This document shows, one piece after another, positions 29,546 through 39,001 of a stretch of 45,772 nt of DNA. The notes under the pieces were generated by a model. It worked only from the letters and a program-made list of their open reading frames with translations, was not told the DNA's origin and searched no databases. Each line of letters opens with the position of its first letter. Position 1 is the first letter of the stretch. A program made the translations under genes and the position numbers. The DNA comes from Candidatus Hodarchaeota archaeon (GTDB lineage Archaea; Asgardarchaeota; Heimdallarchaeia; Hodarchaeales; Hodarchaeaceae), in NCBI GenBank assembly GCA_016839785.1, contig JAEOTQ010000057.1:1-45772 (forward strand). The letters are read 5' to 3'.

Positions 29546-30214
29546 ATGGTAAGAAAAAACCACTATAATAGTGTAGAGACTATTATAACAACCTTAGAGG
29601 AAGCTGATACACAGATCTCATATGAAGAACTGAGTAAACAGACCAAGATTAGAGCAAACAGTTTGAAAATGTGGTTGAGGATTATTGAACTAGTCCAAAA
29701 TAGTACTATTTTCCTAAATTTGACTGAAAATGGGGTAGTAAGCAAATCGTTATCAGATGGTCCCGTTAATGCCCGTATTAGAGTCCAAAAGCGTGAAAAA
29801 GACCCGAAAATTCAAGCATTTCTAACAGAGTTTAAAGGAGTACTATCGAGGACCAAAATATCTTTGGAGGACGATAATATTAAGAATTACCCACAATTAA
29901 AAACTCGAACAGACCTTTCTTCACCTAGATCACCAGTATACACAGATTTACAGTCAGAACTTACTCAAGTACTTGAACAGGGGCTTTCTTTTTTATCTTC
30001 ACCTGAACAAATTAACAAAGGAGAGAATTCTAAGTCCGAAACGCGTTTCATGAATGAATTAAAACAGGCTGTCAATCTTGGAATCAAGAATCTTGAAAAA
30101 GTCGTTGTTACGGATTACAAAGAGAAAAAAGGAAGAGTCACTGCAATGAAATCTGAATTGGAGATGGCTTTTAAAGCTCGTGAAAATCGGCTTATAGAAA
30201 ATAGAAAGAATTGA
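29546..30214 (+). CDS. N-terminal HTH protein with four 16-aa amphipathic WH2-like repeats
   Basis: HTH 'ISYEELSKQTKIRANSLKMWLRII'. Repeats: FLTEFKGVLSRTKISL, LQSELTQVLEQGLSFL, FMNELKQAVNLGIKNL(EKV), MKSELEMAFKARENRL. Confidence 0.7.
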   Translation: MVRKNHYNSVETIITTLEEADTQISYEELSKQTKIRANSLKMWLRIIELVQNSTIFLNLTENGVVSKSLSDGPVNARIRVQKREKDPKIQAFLTEFKGVLSRTKISLEDDNIKNYPQLKTRTDLSSPRSPVYTDLQSELTQVLEQGLSFLSSPEQINKGENSKSETRFMNELKQAVNLGIKNLEKVVVTDYKEKKGRVTAMKSELEMAFKARENRLIENRKN

Positions 30215-30519
30215 TGTCATTTTATTATAATGAATACAATAATATCATCAGTATTTTCAAAAAGGAATAACCTTACTTGAGTATGTAAACAACTGTTTAT
30301 TTATCCGTAGAGAGGTATTTTTGTGTATCGTGGTCAAAAATTAATTGCAATACTCTTAAGTTGTGAAAAGTATTTGTTTTGGTATTTCTCCATGATAATC
30401 AGTAGTAGGATGATTCTAATTTAATAGATTCTATAAATAAGCAATCGAATGAGTTTTTAGCTATCGATTTCATGTAGATATAGAAATTCTTTTTATAGCA
30501 GGATTAATCCATCTAAGTT

Positions 30520-31923
30520 ATGAATCATGAGTCATCAAAAACAATCAAACGAGTGTCCATAATTAATGCTGATACTGGGATAGAAATATACCAAAAAGAT
30601 TATGAACCTTCATTCTTCCTAGATAAAGATAATCAATTAATTTCTGGATTCATTTCGGCTTTGGTCCAATTTTCTCAAGAAATTGTTAAAGATAACATCC
30701 AAGAGATGGTTTTTTCGAACTCACAGCTATATTTAATGCGGTTTCCCACCGTTTTAATTGTAATTTTGACTCCGATTGGTATTCCTCATGAAAAAGTCAT
30801 GCCCATATTTGAAGTCTTAGGAAACGAAATTGAGAATAAATTTTCCTCTACTCAACTAGACTTCGTCACTCCAGAATTGTCTATAGAAATTGAAACAGTT
30901 ATTGATAAATGTTTGGAAAAGGATGTTCAGTTTCCTACATTTCCAATCACTAGGCAAGATACTGCCCCTAAGATTGTTATAGCTGGATTAAGAAAAGCAG
31001 GTAAAACTACAGCAATTAGAAGTTTCTTTGACTCGTGGGATAAAGAACAGCTACAAACAATACGTCCAACTGTTGATCACTCAATCTTTCACTCCTTCTT
31101 GGAAGTTATGAAGACTGAACTGACAATTTTCGACCTTGGGGGGCAAACCCAGTATGTAGACATGCATGTTAAGGATCGATCAAAGTGGAGAGGTGCAACC
31201 GCCGTTCTGTTCTTAGTAGACATGCACCAACCTGAAGAATTCTCTGCGGCTCATATTTACCTTGAAAATATAATGAAAATATATGAATCAATGAATGAAA
31301 TTCCATTTATTGCTTTAATGGGCCATAAATACGATCCTGCTGATGTCAGTGAGCTTCAACCTAATCTCATGGAATTGCTAAAGACATTTAAAGATCTCTT
31401 TAAATGGCCCCGTTATTCTGTCTTCCTGTCTTCTATCTTTGATGATTCGCTCTATTTAGCATTGATGCGTACATTGGTACGAATTGTTCCTCGTGCTCTT
31501 CTCCAAAATATCATTGGTAGTGCTATTTTCTTTGAGACGCAAAATCAAGTTTGGAGTACTATTTCAGAGGAAGTAGTTCCAGAGGCTAATTCTCGTGCAT
31601 TCTGGTCCAAAATAATAAATCTATCAATTCCATATGGAGAAAAGCTTGCTAATACTATTTTTAGAGAGTGGTTATCTGGAGAGTTTGATCAGGAAATAAA
31701 ACCAAATCTAAAGCTAATTGATGTTGCACTTAAAGATATTGCTGGGGGGATGCAAATCAATATTGTAATGCCAAAAGAGGGGAATTCTCATATCATGATT
31801 CCTGTTATTGAGGGTTTGCTCACTGGGTTAGGAAACGTTTTTGGTTTCTCACGGATTATGAGGCTTCATATAGATCAACAAACTGGGTACATCTCTACAA
31901 GCTGGGGTTTATACGAATTTTAA
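30520..31923 (+). CDS. Longin-like domain + Rag/Gtr-like small GTPase + C-terminal domain (possibly V4R/TRAPP-like)
   Basis: Longin 'NQLISGFISALVQFSQEI'; G1 GLRKAGKT, RPT, G3 DLGGQ, G4 HKYD and G5 SSIFDDSLY. The C-terminus has 'YGEKLA...IEGLLTGL'. Confidence 0.85.
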   Translation: MNHESSKTIKRVSIINADTGIEIYQKDYEPSFFLDKDNQLISGFISALVQFSQEIVKDNIQEMVFSNSQLYLMRFPTVLIVILTPIGIPHEKVMPIFEVLGNEIENKFSSTQLDFVTPELSIEIETVIDKCLEKDVQFPTFPITRQDTAPKIVIAGLRKAGKTTAIRSFFDSWDKEQLQTIRPTVDHSIFHSFLEVMKTELTIFDLGGQTQYVDMHVKDRSKWRGATAVLFLVDMHQPEEFSAAHIYLENIMKIYESMNEIPFIALMGHKYDPADVSELQPNLMELLKTFKDLFKWPRYSVFLSSIFDDSLYLALMRTLVRIVPRALLQNIIGSAIFFETQNQVWSTISEEVVPEANSRAFWSKIINLSIPYGEKLANTIFREWLSGEFDQEIKPNLKLIDVALKDIAGGMQINIVMPKEGNSHIMIPVIEGLLTGLGNVFGFSRIMRLHIDQQTGYISTSWGLYEF

Positions 31924-31925
31924 CC

Positions 31926-32318
31926 TTAGGAATTCTTTTTTTCACTCAATTTCAGGGTGACCAAATCTAGCAATTTCTCTTCCTGAAAAGGTTTAGTAAT
32001 ATAATCATTTGCCCCAAGAAATCGTGCAAAACGTATGTCGTCAGGAGTAGCTAAAGCAGATAAAAATATTAAAGGTATTTGATTGAATTTTGGATTATTC
32101 TTCAAGAATTGATATAACTCATAACCGTCCATTTCTGGCATCATGATGTCACTGACAATTAAATCAGGGAGCCTCCCTTGTGATATATCAAGCAATTTTT
32201 TTGTTGCCTCTTTTCCATTTGTAGCCATTTCCACTTCATAATTATTTGCTTCTAAAGTAACCATTATATTAAATAAAACGTCAGGATTGTCTTCAACAAC
32301 TAAAATTAATGGAGATAT
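31926..32318 (-). CDS. Stand-alone response regulator receiver (CheY-like); probable ATA start
   Basis: DLIVSDIMMPEMDG, FLSA and YITKPF motifs. The essential beta1 'LILVVEDN' lies upstream of the annotated ATG 32264, and AGGAGG precedes ATA 32318. Confidence 0.88.
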   Translation of the reverse strand: MSPLILVVEDNPDVLFNIMVTLEANNYEVEMATNGKEATKKLLDISQGRLPDLIVSDIMMPEMDGYELYQFLKNNPKFNQIPLIFLSALATPDDIRFARFLGANDYITKPFQEEKLLDLVTLKLSEKKNS

Positions 32319-32356
32319 CTTAAACGCCTCCTTTTTAACTACATTACTTGTACCTA

Positions 32357-34099
32357 TTAATCTTTCTTTTCGATTTCAATTTCATCATCTAGCTGATCTT
32401 CTTTCAGCCTCGGGATAAAGAGAATTACAGTGGTTCCATATTTTAATTTGCTTTCTAAGAAAATGTCTCCTTTGTGCATTTTTATCAGATCTCTTGCAAT
32501 TCCTAGTCCTAAACCTGTTCCAGGAATATGGTTTACCTTTTGCGATCGGAAAAATCGTTCAAACATCCTAGGTAGGTCATCATCTGAAATTCCCATGCCT
32601 TTATCTGATATCTTAACTAATACCCCTTCTGAATTCTCTTTATTATATTTTCCTTTATATTTTTCTATTCCCGTAACCAATATTGATCCTTTCTCAAATG
32701 AATATTTAATACTGTTATCTAAAATTATTCTAAATATCTGAGACATCCTATTCGGATCACCAACGAGAGGAAGTTCAATATTATTCGATATATGGACTTC
32801 TATTGATTTTGACTGAGCTCTTGGTTCTAATTGGGTCAGAACCTCCAAAATCACTTCATCTAACAGATATGATTTCCAATGAAATTTAACCCTTCTCTCA
32901 TCAATACGTGATACTAAAAGTAAATCTTCAATTAGCTCGTGTAAGAGCGTTGCATTCCGGGAAATTGCTTCCATCAATTTAGATTTAGTTGAATCAGGTA
33001 ATTTATTTCCATATTTTTCGTAATTACTTATACTTTGGTTTATAACAGTAATGGGTGTTCGCAATTCATGACTAACAGTCGAAACAAATTGTTTTCTCAT
33101 ATTATCAAATTCCACAAAAGGTGTAATGTCCTGAAATTCTATAATGGTTCCTATAGACGAAGTATCGTAATAATTTCCCATTGCAGAACCGAATTGTAGA
33201 AATAATCCTGTCATAGGTTCAATTGAAATTTCTTGTGGGAAATATGAAAAAAACAACTTTTGTATTGTGCTAAAGAATGGATTTCCCTCACTAAGAATTA
33301 AATTAACTCCCTCGATAATTTCTTTTTTGAAAATTCGTCTAAAATACTCCTTAGCGGTTTGGTTTACAATGACAACTTTTCCATCATCATCTAAAACAAT
33401 TATTCCATCTGTGATTGTGTTTAATATTAATTCTATACGTCGTTTCTGATCAAGAAGATCTTGGGTTTTTCTTTGTACTTGAGATTGCAAGAAATCTCTC
33501 GATTTGGACAATGTTTCTTCAGTTTTTTTTCGAAATATCGCAGTACCTAGTATATCTGCAAAGATTCGGATACTTCTCAAATCTTCTTCTTGCCAAGTGT
33601 GAGCCATTGTGATATTTAGGATGAATATGCACCCAGCCAAATATTCAGGAGTGAATATTGGGAAACCGATTAAACTTTGAACACCTTTTTCTTCCAGATA
33701 GTTACGTTCCTGTTCTCCAGTGCTTAGAATTCCTGAATTTCCTGCCAGGATAATTTCATGTCCTTCCCGTATTTCGTTTTGAAACCATTTAAAGTTGTAA
33801 ATTGGAAATGTGCTAAAATAATCATCTCTATTTGAAATTCGATCAGAATTCCAACCAAGAACCATGATTTCATCATTCGTTGGTTCATCAAATAAGCAAA
33901 CTAACACCCCATCCACCATATACATATGAAATAGATCCGCAATCTCTGATAAGTAATATTTCAGTGCCATTTTGAAGTTACTTGAAAATACAAGATAAGT
34001 CGAAATATCACCTATAGTCTTTTCTACCTTCAACCTGAATTCGATTTTCTCTTCCAACGTTTTTATTAACGAATTTTCATAGCTCATAAGCAGTTTCAA
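32357..34099 (-). CDS. Cytosolic sensor histidine kinase (GAF + PAS + HisKA + HATPase)
   Basis: GAF 'GVQSLIGFPIF...WQEEDL', PAS 'ITDGIIVLDDDG', H-box SHELRTP, N-box DNSIKYS, DKGMG and GTGLGL; no TM. Confidence 0.93.
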   Translation of the reverse strand: MKLLMSYENSLIKTLEEKIEFRLKVEKTIGDISTYLVFSSNFKMALKYYLSEIADLFHMYMVDGVLVCLFDEPTNDEIMVLGWNSDRISNRDDYFSTFPIYNFKWFQNEIREGHEIILAGNSGILSTGEQERNYLEEKGVQSLIGFPIFTPEYLAGCIFILNITMAHTWQEEDLRSIRIFADILGTAIFRKKTEETLSKSRDFLQSQVQRKTQDLLDQKRRIELILNTITDGIIVLDDDGKVVIVNQTAKEYFRRIFKKEIIEGVNLILSEGNPFFSTIQKLFFSYFPQEISIEPMTGLFLQFGSAMGNYYDTSSIGTIIEFQDITPFVEFDNMRKQFVSTVSHELRTPITVINQSISNYEKYGNKLPDSTKSKLMEAISRNATLLHELIEDLLLVSRIDERRVKFHWKSYLLDEVILEVLTQLEPRAQSKSIEVHISNNIELPLVGDPNRMSQIFRIILDNSIKYSFEKGSILVTGIEKYKGKYNKENSEGVLVKISDKGMGISDDDLPRMFERFFRSQKVNHIPGTGLGLGIARDLIKMHKGDIFLESKLKYGTTVILFIPRLKEDQLDDEIEIEKKD

Positions 34100-34241
34100 T
34101 CCAAAATCCTGATTTGGGGTTAGAGAGAATCAATATAATATAAATTTTAATTAAGCAGAGTTTTTCAGTTCCATATGGATGGTAATGAAACTAATAAGTT
34201 ATAAATGATAATATTAGAATAGACACAATGAGATTTTTTCC

Positions 34242-35123
34242 ATGAACGGGATTTCAGGAATTCAAAACGTCAGGATTTTAGATTTAGTATCAGGGTCAAC
34301 TTTGATAAACCGATCATATTTAAAGAACCTACATGATGAAATTCAACCAGAATTATTGATATCTACAGTATTATCTTTCACTCAAGAGTCTAAAGACCAA
34401 GAAATTACGAATACAATCATGGTCAAAGACCAGAAGGTCGTTTTGGAGACCACTGAGAACTTGGCTTTTATTGCAGTCGTAGCTGCGGATTATGAAACAT
34501 CAGATGCTAAAAGGATTTTATCTCACGTTCGAGCAAGCTTTTTCCGCCAGCATCCTGTACGGGATTGTCAATGGCAATATGGTGAAAGCATAAAATATTT
34601 TCATAAATTCGAAAAGAAATTAGATGAAATTGTACGGCATTTTAGTAATAGAAAAACTGTCCTGAAATTCGTTTTAATCGGTCGTGAGTATGCTGGGAAA
34701 ACAACTTTAACTCATGCATACGCGGGTACCAATTATGAGGGGTACTTACCCACTTTAGGATTAGACATATTGAGAATAGAGTACAAGAATAAACATATTC
34801 GCCTGTGGGATTTAGGAGGTCAACGTCAATTTAGAAGACTCTGGCCTAAATTTGCTACAGAAGCTTCAGGCATAATTTTTGTAATAGATTCGACAACAAC
34901 ACATTGGGTGGAAACTTTAGAGGTTTTTGAGATTTCAAAATTATTCCATTTACCTACTGTTATATTTGCGAATAAACAAGACTTGGTAGATCATGCAAAT
35001 TCTGTTGAATTGATTGCAGAAAAGCTTGGTGTTCCTATATCATCGATCATTGGAGGAAGTGCTTTATTAAATAAAGGTATTTATGAAGTCTTAGATCAAC
35101 TTCTCGATGAGAGTGTTTTCTAA
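34242..35123 (+). CDS. Longin-like domain + Arf-like small GTPase
   Basis: N-terminal longin-like domain; GREYAGKT, PTLG, WDLGGQRQFRRLW, IIFVIDS, ANKQD and GSA motifs. Confidence 0.88.
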   Translation: MNGISGIQNVRILDLVSGSTLINRSYLKNLHDEIQPELLISTVLSFTQESKDQEITNTIMVKDQKVVLETTENLAFIAVVAADYETSDAKRILSHVRASFFRQHPVRDCQWQYGESIKYFHKFEKKLDEIVRHFSNRKTVLKFVLIGREYAGKTTLTHAYAGTNYEGYLPTLGLDILRIEYKNKHIRLWDLGGQRQFRRLWPKFATEASGIIFVIDSTTTHWVETLEVFEISKLFHLPTVIFANKQDLVDHANSVELIAEKLGVPISSIIGGSALLNKGIYEVLDQLLDESVF

Positions 35124-35156
35124 ATTCTTCTTAAGTAGGGAATTCCACAAGAAATT

Positions 35157-35879
35157 TTATTTCTTTTCCTGCCTAGCCCGAAGTCGCTGGTAAGCAATAA
35201 TTTGAATTGCTAGTTGCTTAAATGCCTTAGTAACTCCTTCACCTGTTTTTGCACTTGTAATCACTGATTTCGTACTGAATTTGTGTTTTGTGAGAGTTTC
35301 GTAATTGATGATTCTGGCAACTCGCTCTACTCGCTCCTTAGGTACGATATGATGGATTTGGTTTCTAAACAAATCGTATTTATTTCCAACAATCATAAAG
35401 GGTACTGGACCCAAATCATTACTTTTCCATAGTTCATTGATCCAATGGCGGAGGTTATCAAATGATGTCGGGTTTGTTACATCACATACAATTAAAGCAC
35501 CATGAGATCCTTTATAGAATGCATTTCTTACTTGATGGAACTTTAATTGCCCTGCTAGATCCCAAATAATAAATTTCACTTTGGAATATCCGATTTCTGT
35601 TTCGTGGATTGCAAAATCGGCTCCAATCGTTTGTTGATATTTTGACTCGAATCCCTCTCCAAGATAAGAGCGTCTTAAAGATGTTTTTCCAACCGCTCCA
35701 TCTCCTGCTAGAATTATTTTTAGATTATATTCTCCTTCTTGTGTTTCATCAATAGTGAAATTCTTCTCTAGTTTTTTCACAGAATTTTCTTCATGTTTCG
35801 ATAAACGTGTATCTTTAATCCTTTCCCAAAGATCATAAAAAGATGAGTCAGAGCTTTCTGTATATTTTGAATCCTTCAT
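35157..35879 (-). CDS. Rab-like small GTPase
   Basis: GDGAVGKT, TIGADF, IWDLAGQ, FYKGSHGAL, GNKYD and TSAKTG; no C-terminal prenylation Cys. Confidence 0.93.
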   Translation of the reverse strand: MKDSKYTESSDSSFYDLWERIKDTRLSKHEENSVKKLEKNFTIDETQEGEYNLKIILAGDGAVGKTSLRRSYLGEGFESKYQQTIGADFAIHETEIGYSKVKFIIWDLAGQLKFHQVRNAFYKGSHGALIVCDVTNPTSFDNLRHWINELWKSNDLGPVPFMIVGNKYDLFRNQIHHIVPKERVERVARIINYETLTKHKFSTKSVITSAKTGEGVTKAFKQLAIQIIAYQRLRARQEKK

Positions 35880-35920
35880 AATGAGAGCACCTTTATTACA
35901 GATAGATTAATACTTTACCG

Positions 35921-38900
35921 CTATTTATCTAAGACTTCTTTAACATTGAGAATCCTCGGGAGAAATATCGAAAAAACTGTACCATATCCATAGTCGCTTT
36001 CAACTTGGATTTCCCCATGGTGACTTTCTATTATGGTTTTAGCAATATCTAAACCCACTCCACTCCCTGGTACATCAATTATATCATCTGAACGGAAATA
36101 TCTATCAAAAATAAATGGGATATCTTTCTCTGGAATACCTTTTCCTGAATCAATGACTTGAATTAAGATACCATCCTCATTTTTTGGATTATACTCTCCA
36201 TAATAGTGGTCTAAAGCCTCAATCCGTACTTTAGAGTGCCTTTTACTATACTTAAATGCATTATCAAGTAAAATTCGAAAAACTTGACTTAATCTTTTTC
36301 CATCTCCCAAGAATTCGATATTTGACGCAATATTACAACTTAAACTTATCTCTCGCTCAGATCGTTTCGAATCCATCTGGATTAAAACCTCTTTCACGGT
36401 TTTTCTTAATTTTACATTCTGCCAATTAAGATTAAACTTTCCAGCTTCAATCCGTGAGACAATCAGTAGATCCTCTACCATTTGAGTAAGCACATCAGAA
36501 CTGAAACTCATAGTTTCGATAAGAGATTTTTTCTCAAGTTCAGAGAACTTATCCCAATACCGCTGCAAATTTTGGAGAGAGAGACTTATCCCTGTAATAG
36601 GAGTTCGTAATTCATGTGAAACAGTGGAAACAAATTGTTTTCTCAAATTATTCAATTCGACAAATGGAGTTACGTCCCGAACCACAATTACTACGCCTAT
36701 ATGTGTATTAGGTTGACTTATAACTTTAGAAGATGCTAATTCTAAATGAAATCCTTTTACCGGTTCTATAGTTGTATTTATATCTTTTTTTGAATAAAAA
36801 ATCTTAGAAATTGTGTCTCCAAATTTATTCTTCAGAATCAAAACCTCATTCAGAAATTTTGGTAATTTACTCTGATAAATTTTCTGATAAAATTCATGAA
36901 ACTTCTTATTTATCAGAATAAATTTCATCTTCGAGTCAATAACCACAATTCCAGTAGGTATAGTTTCGACTATGGCTTCAATCCTCAATTTTTCTTTTTT
37001 CAAATCGTGTGTTCTTTTGTCAATTTGGTCCGAAAGATAATCTCGTGCTTGTAGCAAGAAATCCTCAGCCTTCTTTTTCGCAGTAATATCTGATACAATT
37101 GCAAAAGATCCCAGGATTTCATTTTTATTATCAAAAATTAATCTTCCAGAGACTCTCGCTATTAACGGTATTCCATCTTTACAAATAAATGTTAGTTCAT
37201 AAGAAGATGAATCTATTTGCTCACTGAACCTCTCTTTCGAAACAGCGGTAAAAGTTGTCAATGAGTTCGTATCCAAGAAATCTTTGACGTGATGCCCAAG
37301 CATTTCATTTTTAGTATAACCTAGCATTTTCTCAAGTGCGGGATTCACGAAGGTTGTTATATCTTCTTTATCTGTTACCCAAATCCCCTCTGGAGAGGTT
37401 GAAACTAACCTTCTGTAGTTTTCTTCGCTTTTCTTCAACGCTTCTTCCGCTTGCTTTCGTTCAGTGATATCCTCACCTGAACTAAGGGTTCCTATGATCA
37501 CCCCTTTTTCATCAGTTAACATGGTATTAAACCAGGAGATCTCTCTAACTTCCCCTTCTTTTGTCATAATTGGATTTTCAAATCGGTCTTTTTGAGATAT
37601 TCTCCCCTCTAGTAAATTTCTGAAAACAGTTCGAACTTTCTCTCTGTATCTGGAAGGAAGGAATGAATCAAACCAGTTTTTACCAAGTATTTCATGTTCT
37701 GAATAACCTAAAGTTTCACATCCCATCCGATTTATTAAAGTCACTTCCTGATTTTTATTCAGTGCCAGCATAATCACTGGAATGATATCAAGATATCTTT
37801 GAGCTGTGTCCCGCTCCTTTCTCAAGATTACCTCGATTGATTTTTGTTCTGAGATATCGTTGAGGATATGGACAACCTCAGTAACATCTCCCCTCTCATC
37901 GTTTATTGGGAATAGTTGACTTTGAACCCATAATTTTTTTGTACCTTCAAATTCATGAATATCTGGATTATTAGGGTTAAAAAAGATAGAAGGAAGAGAG
38001 ATATTTTCACCTGCGAAACCTCGCTTAATAAAAGGCATTAGACCCTTTTTTTCCAATTGCTCATCATCTAAGATATTGTAGTTCCCTAGAATATATTCAT
38101 AGTGTTCCTGAGATATGCCCCAAAGTTTCCTTGCTGCCTGATTTCCAAAAATTACATTACCATTTTTCTCATGCACAACAATACCTGCAGGATATTGTTC
38201 TATTAGACTTCTAAATCGCGATTCTGATTCCTGTAGCTCGTTTTCAATCCTCTTCAACTCAGATACATCGCGAATTATTGATAGAATTGATACTGGTTTA
38301 TCATTCTCATATAAAACAACTGATTTTGCGTATCGATTTACCCATTGGCCTTTTTTATTTTTGACACGATATTCTACACTTGATTTTCCTTTTTCCATAA
38401 GAATTGTGTCACTAATTTTTAGACGAGGAGCGTCATCTGGATGAATACGAGAGTATCTATCTAGATCGATATTGTCTATATCTTCGAATCCTAAGCTTGA
38501 ATAATATGCCTTGTTCCGATAAATATGTTTACCTTCTAAATCAGTTTGAATAATAACATCATCTGCAGCATTGATTAATGTTTCAAATCTCCTTTTCGAC
38601 TTTTTTAATTCGCTGTTAATCCGCTTCTTCTCGGTTATGTCACTTAATATAGCAATTATTCCCCAAGGTGTGGGATATATATCTGAGTTATAATGTCTAT
38701 CTGTAAAAGGTACTTCTAAACTTTTAGCCTTCTTATTATCGAATACATCACTGATTAATGTATATAAAAGAGAATTCTCAAACTCGGAAGAAATTTCAAG
38801 CAAATTTGATCCTTCTATTCCTTCTGCTGTATTTTTGTCTAACAGCTCTGCAAAAGAATCGTTACAAAATAGAATAGAGAAGTCTGAAATAAGTGCCACA

Positions 38901-38968
38901 ATTGGGGATTGAATACACTGTAAAAGAACTCTATGCTTTAGATCGAAATCTTTGTTGCTTTCGGACAT
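35921..38968 (-). CDS. Cytosolic multi-PAS (about six) sensor histidine kinase
   Basis: Repeated PAS/PAC units ending DITE/DVSE/DISE/DITA; SHELRTP, DNAFKYS, DSGKG and GSGVGL; no TM. Confidence 0.94.
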   Translation of the reverse strand: MSESNKDFDLKHRVLLQCIQSPIVALISDFSILFCNDSFAELLDKNTAEGIEGSNLLEISSEFENSLLYTLISDVFDNKKAKSLEVPFTDRHYNSDIYPTPWGIIAILSDITEKKRINSELKKSKRRFETLINAADDVIIQTDLEGKHIYRNKAYYSSLGFEDIDNIDLDRYSRIHPDDAPRLKISDTILMEKGKSSVEYRVKNKKGQWVNRYAKSVVLYENDKPVSILSIIRDVSELKRIENELQESESRFRSLIEQYPAGIVVHEKNGNVIFGNQAARKLWGISQEHYEYILGNYNILDDEQLEKKGLMPFIKRGFAGENISLPSIFFNPNNPDIHEFEGTKKLWVQSQLFPINDERGDVTEVVHILNDISEQKSIEVILRKERDTAQRYLDIIPVIMLALNKNQEVTLINRMGCETLGYSEHEILGKNWFDSFLPSRYREKVRTVFRNLLEGRISQKDRFENPIMTKEGEVREISWFNTMLTDEKGVIIGTLSSGEDITERKQAEEALKKSEENYRRLVSTSPEGIWVTDKEDITTFVNPALEKMLGYTKNEMLGHHVKDFLDTNSLTTFTAVSKERFSEQIDSSSYELTFICKDGIPLIARVSGRLIFDNKNEILGSFAIVSDITAKKKAEDFLLQARDYLSDQIDKRTHDLKKEKLRIEAIVETIPTGIVVIDSKMKFILINKKFHEFYQKIYQSKLPKFLNEVLILKNKFGDTISKIFYSKKDINTTIEPVKGFHLELASSKVISQPNTHIGVVIVVRDVTPFVELNNLRKQFVSTVSHELRTPITGISLSLQNLQRYWDKFSELEKKSLIETMSFSSDVLTQMVEDLLIVSRIEAGKFNLNWQNVKLRKTVKEVLIQMDSKRSEREISLSCNIASNIEFLGDGKRLSQVFRILLDNAFKYSKRHSKVRIEALDHYYGEYNPKNEDGILIQVIDSGKGIPEKDIPFIFDRYFRSDDIIDVPGSGVGLDIAKTIIESHHGEIQVESDYGYGTVFSIFLPRILNVKEVLDK

Positions 38969-39001
38969 CTACTCATCTCTAAAGGATTGCCATAGGAGAA
39001 T

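Noticed and set aside
35921-38968. LOV (blue-light) domain among the PAS repeats, given the light island
   Set aside because: No GxNCRFLQ motif in any PAS domain.
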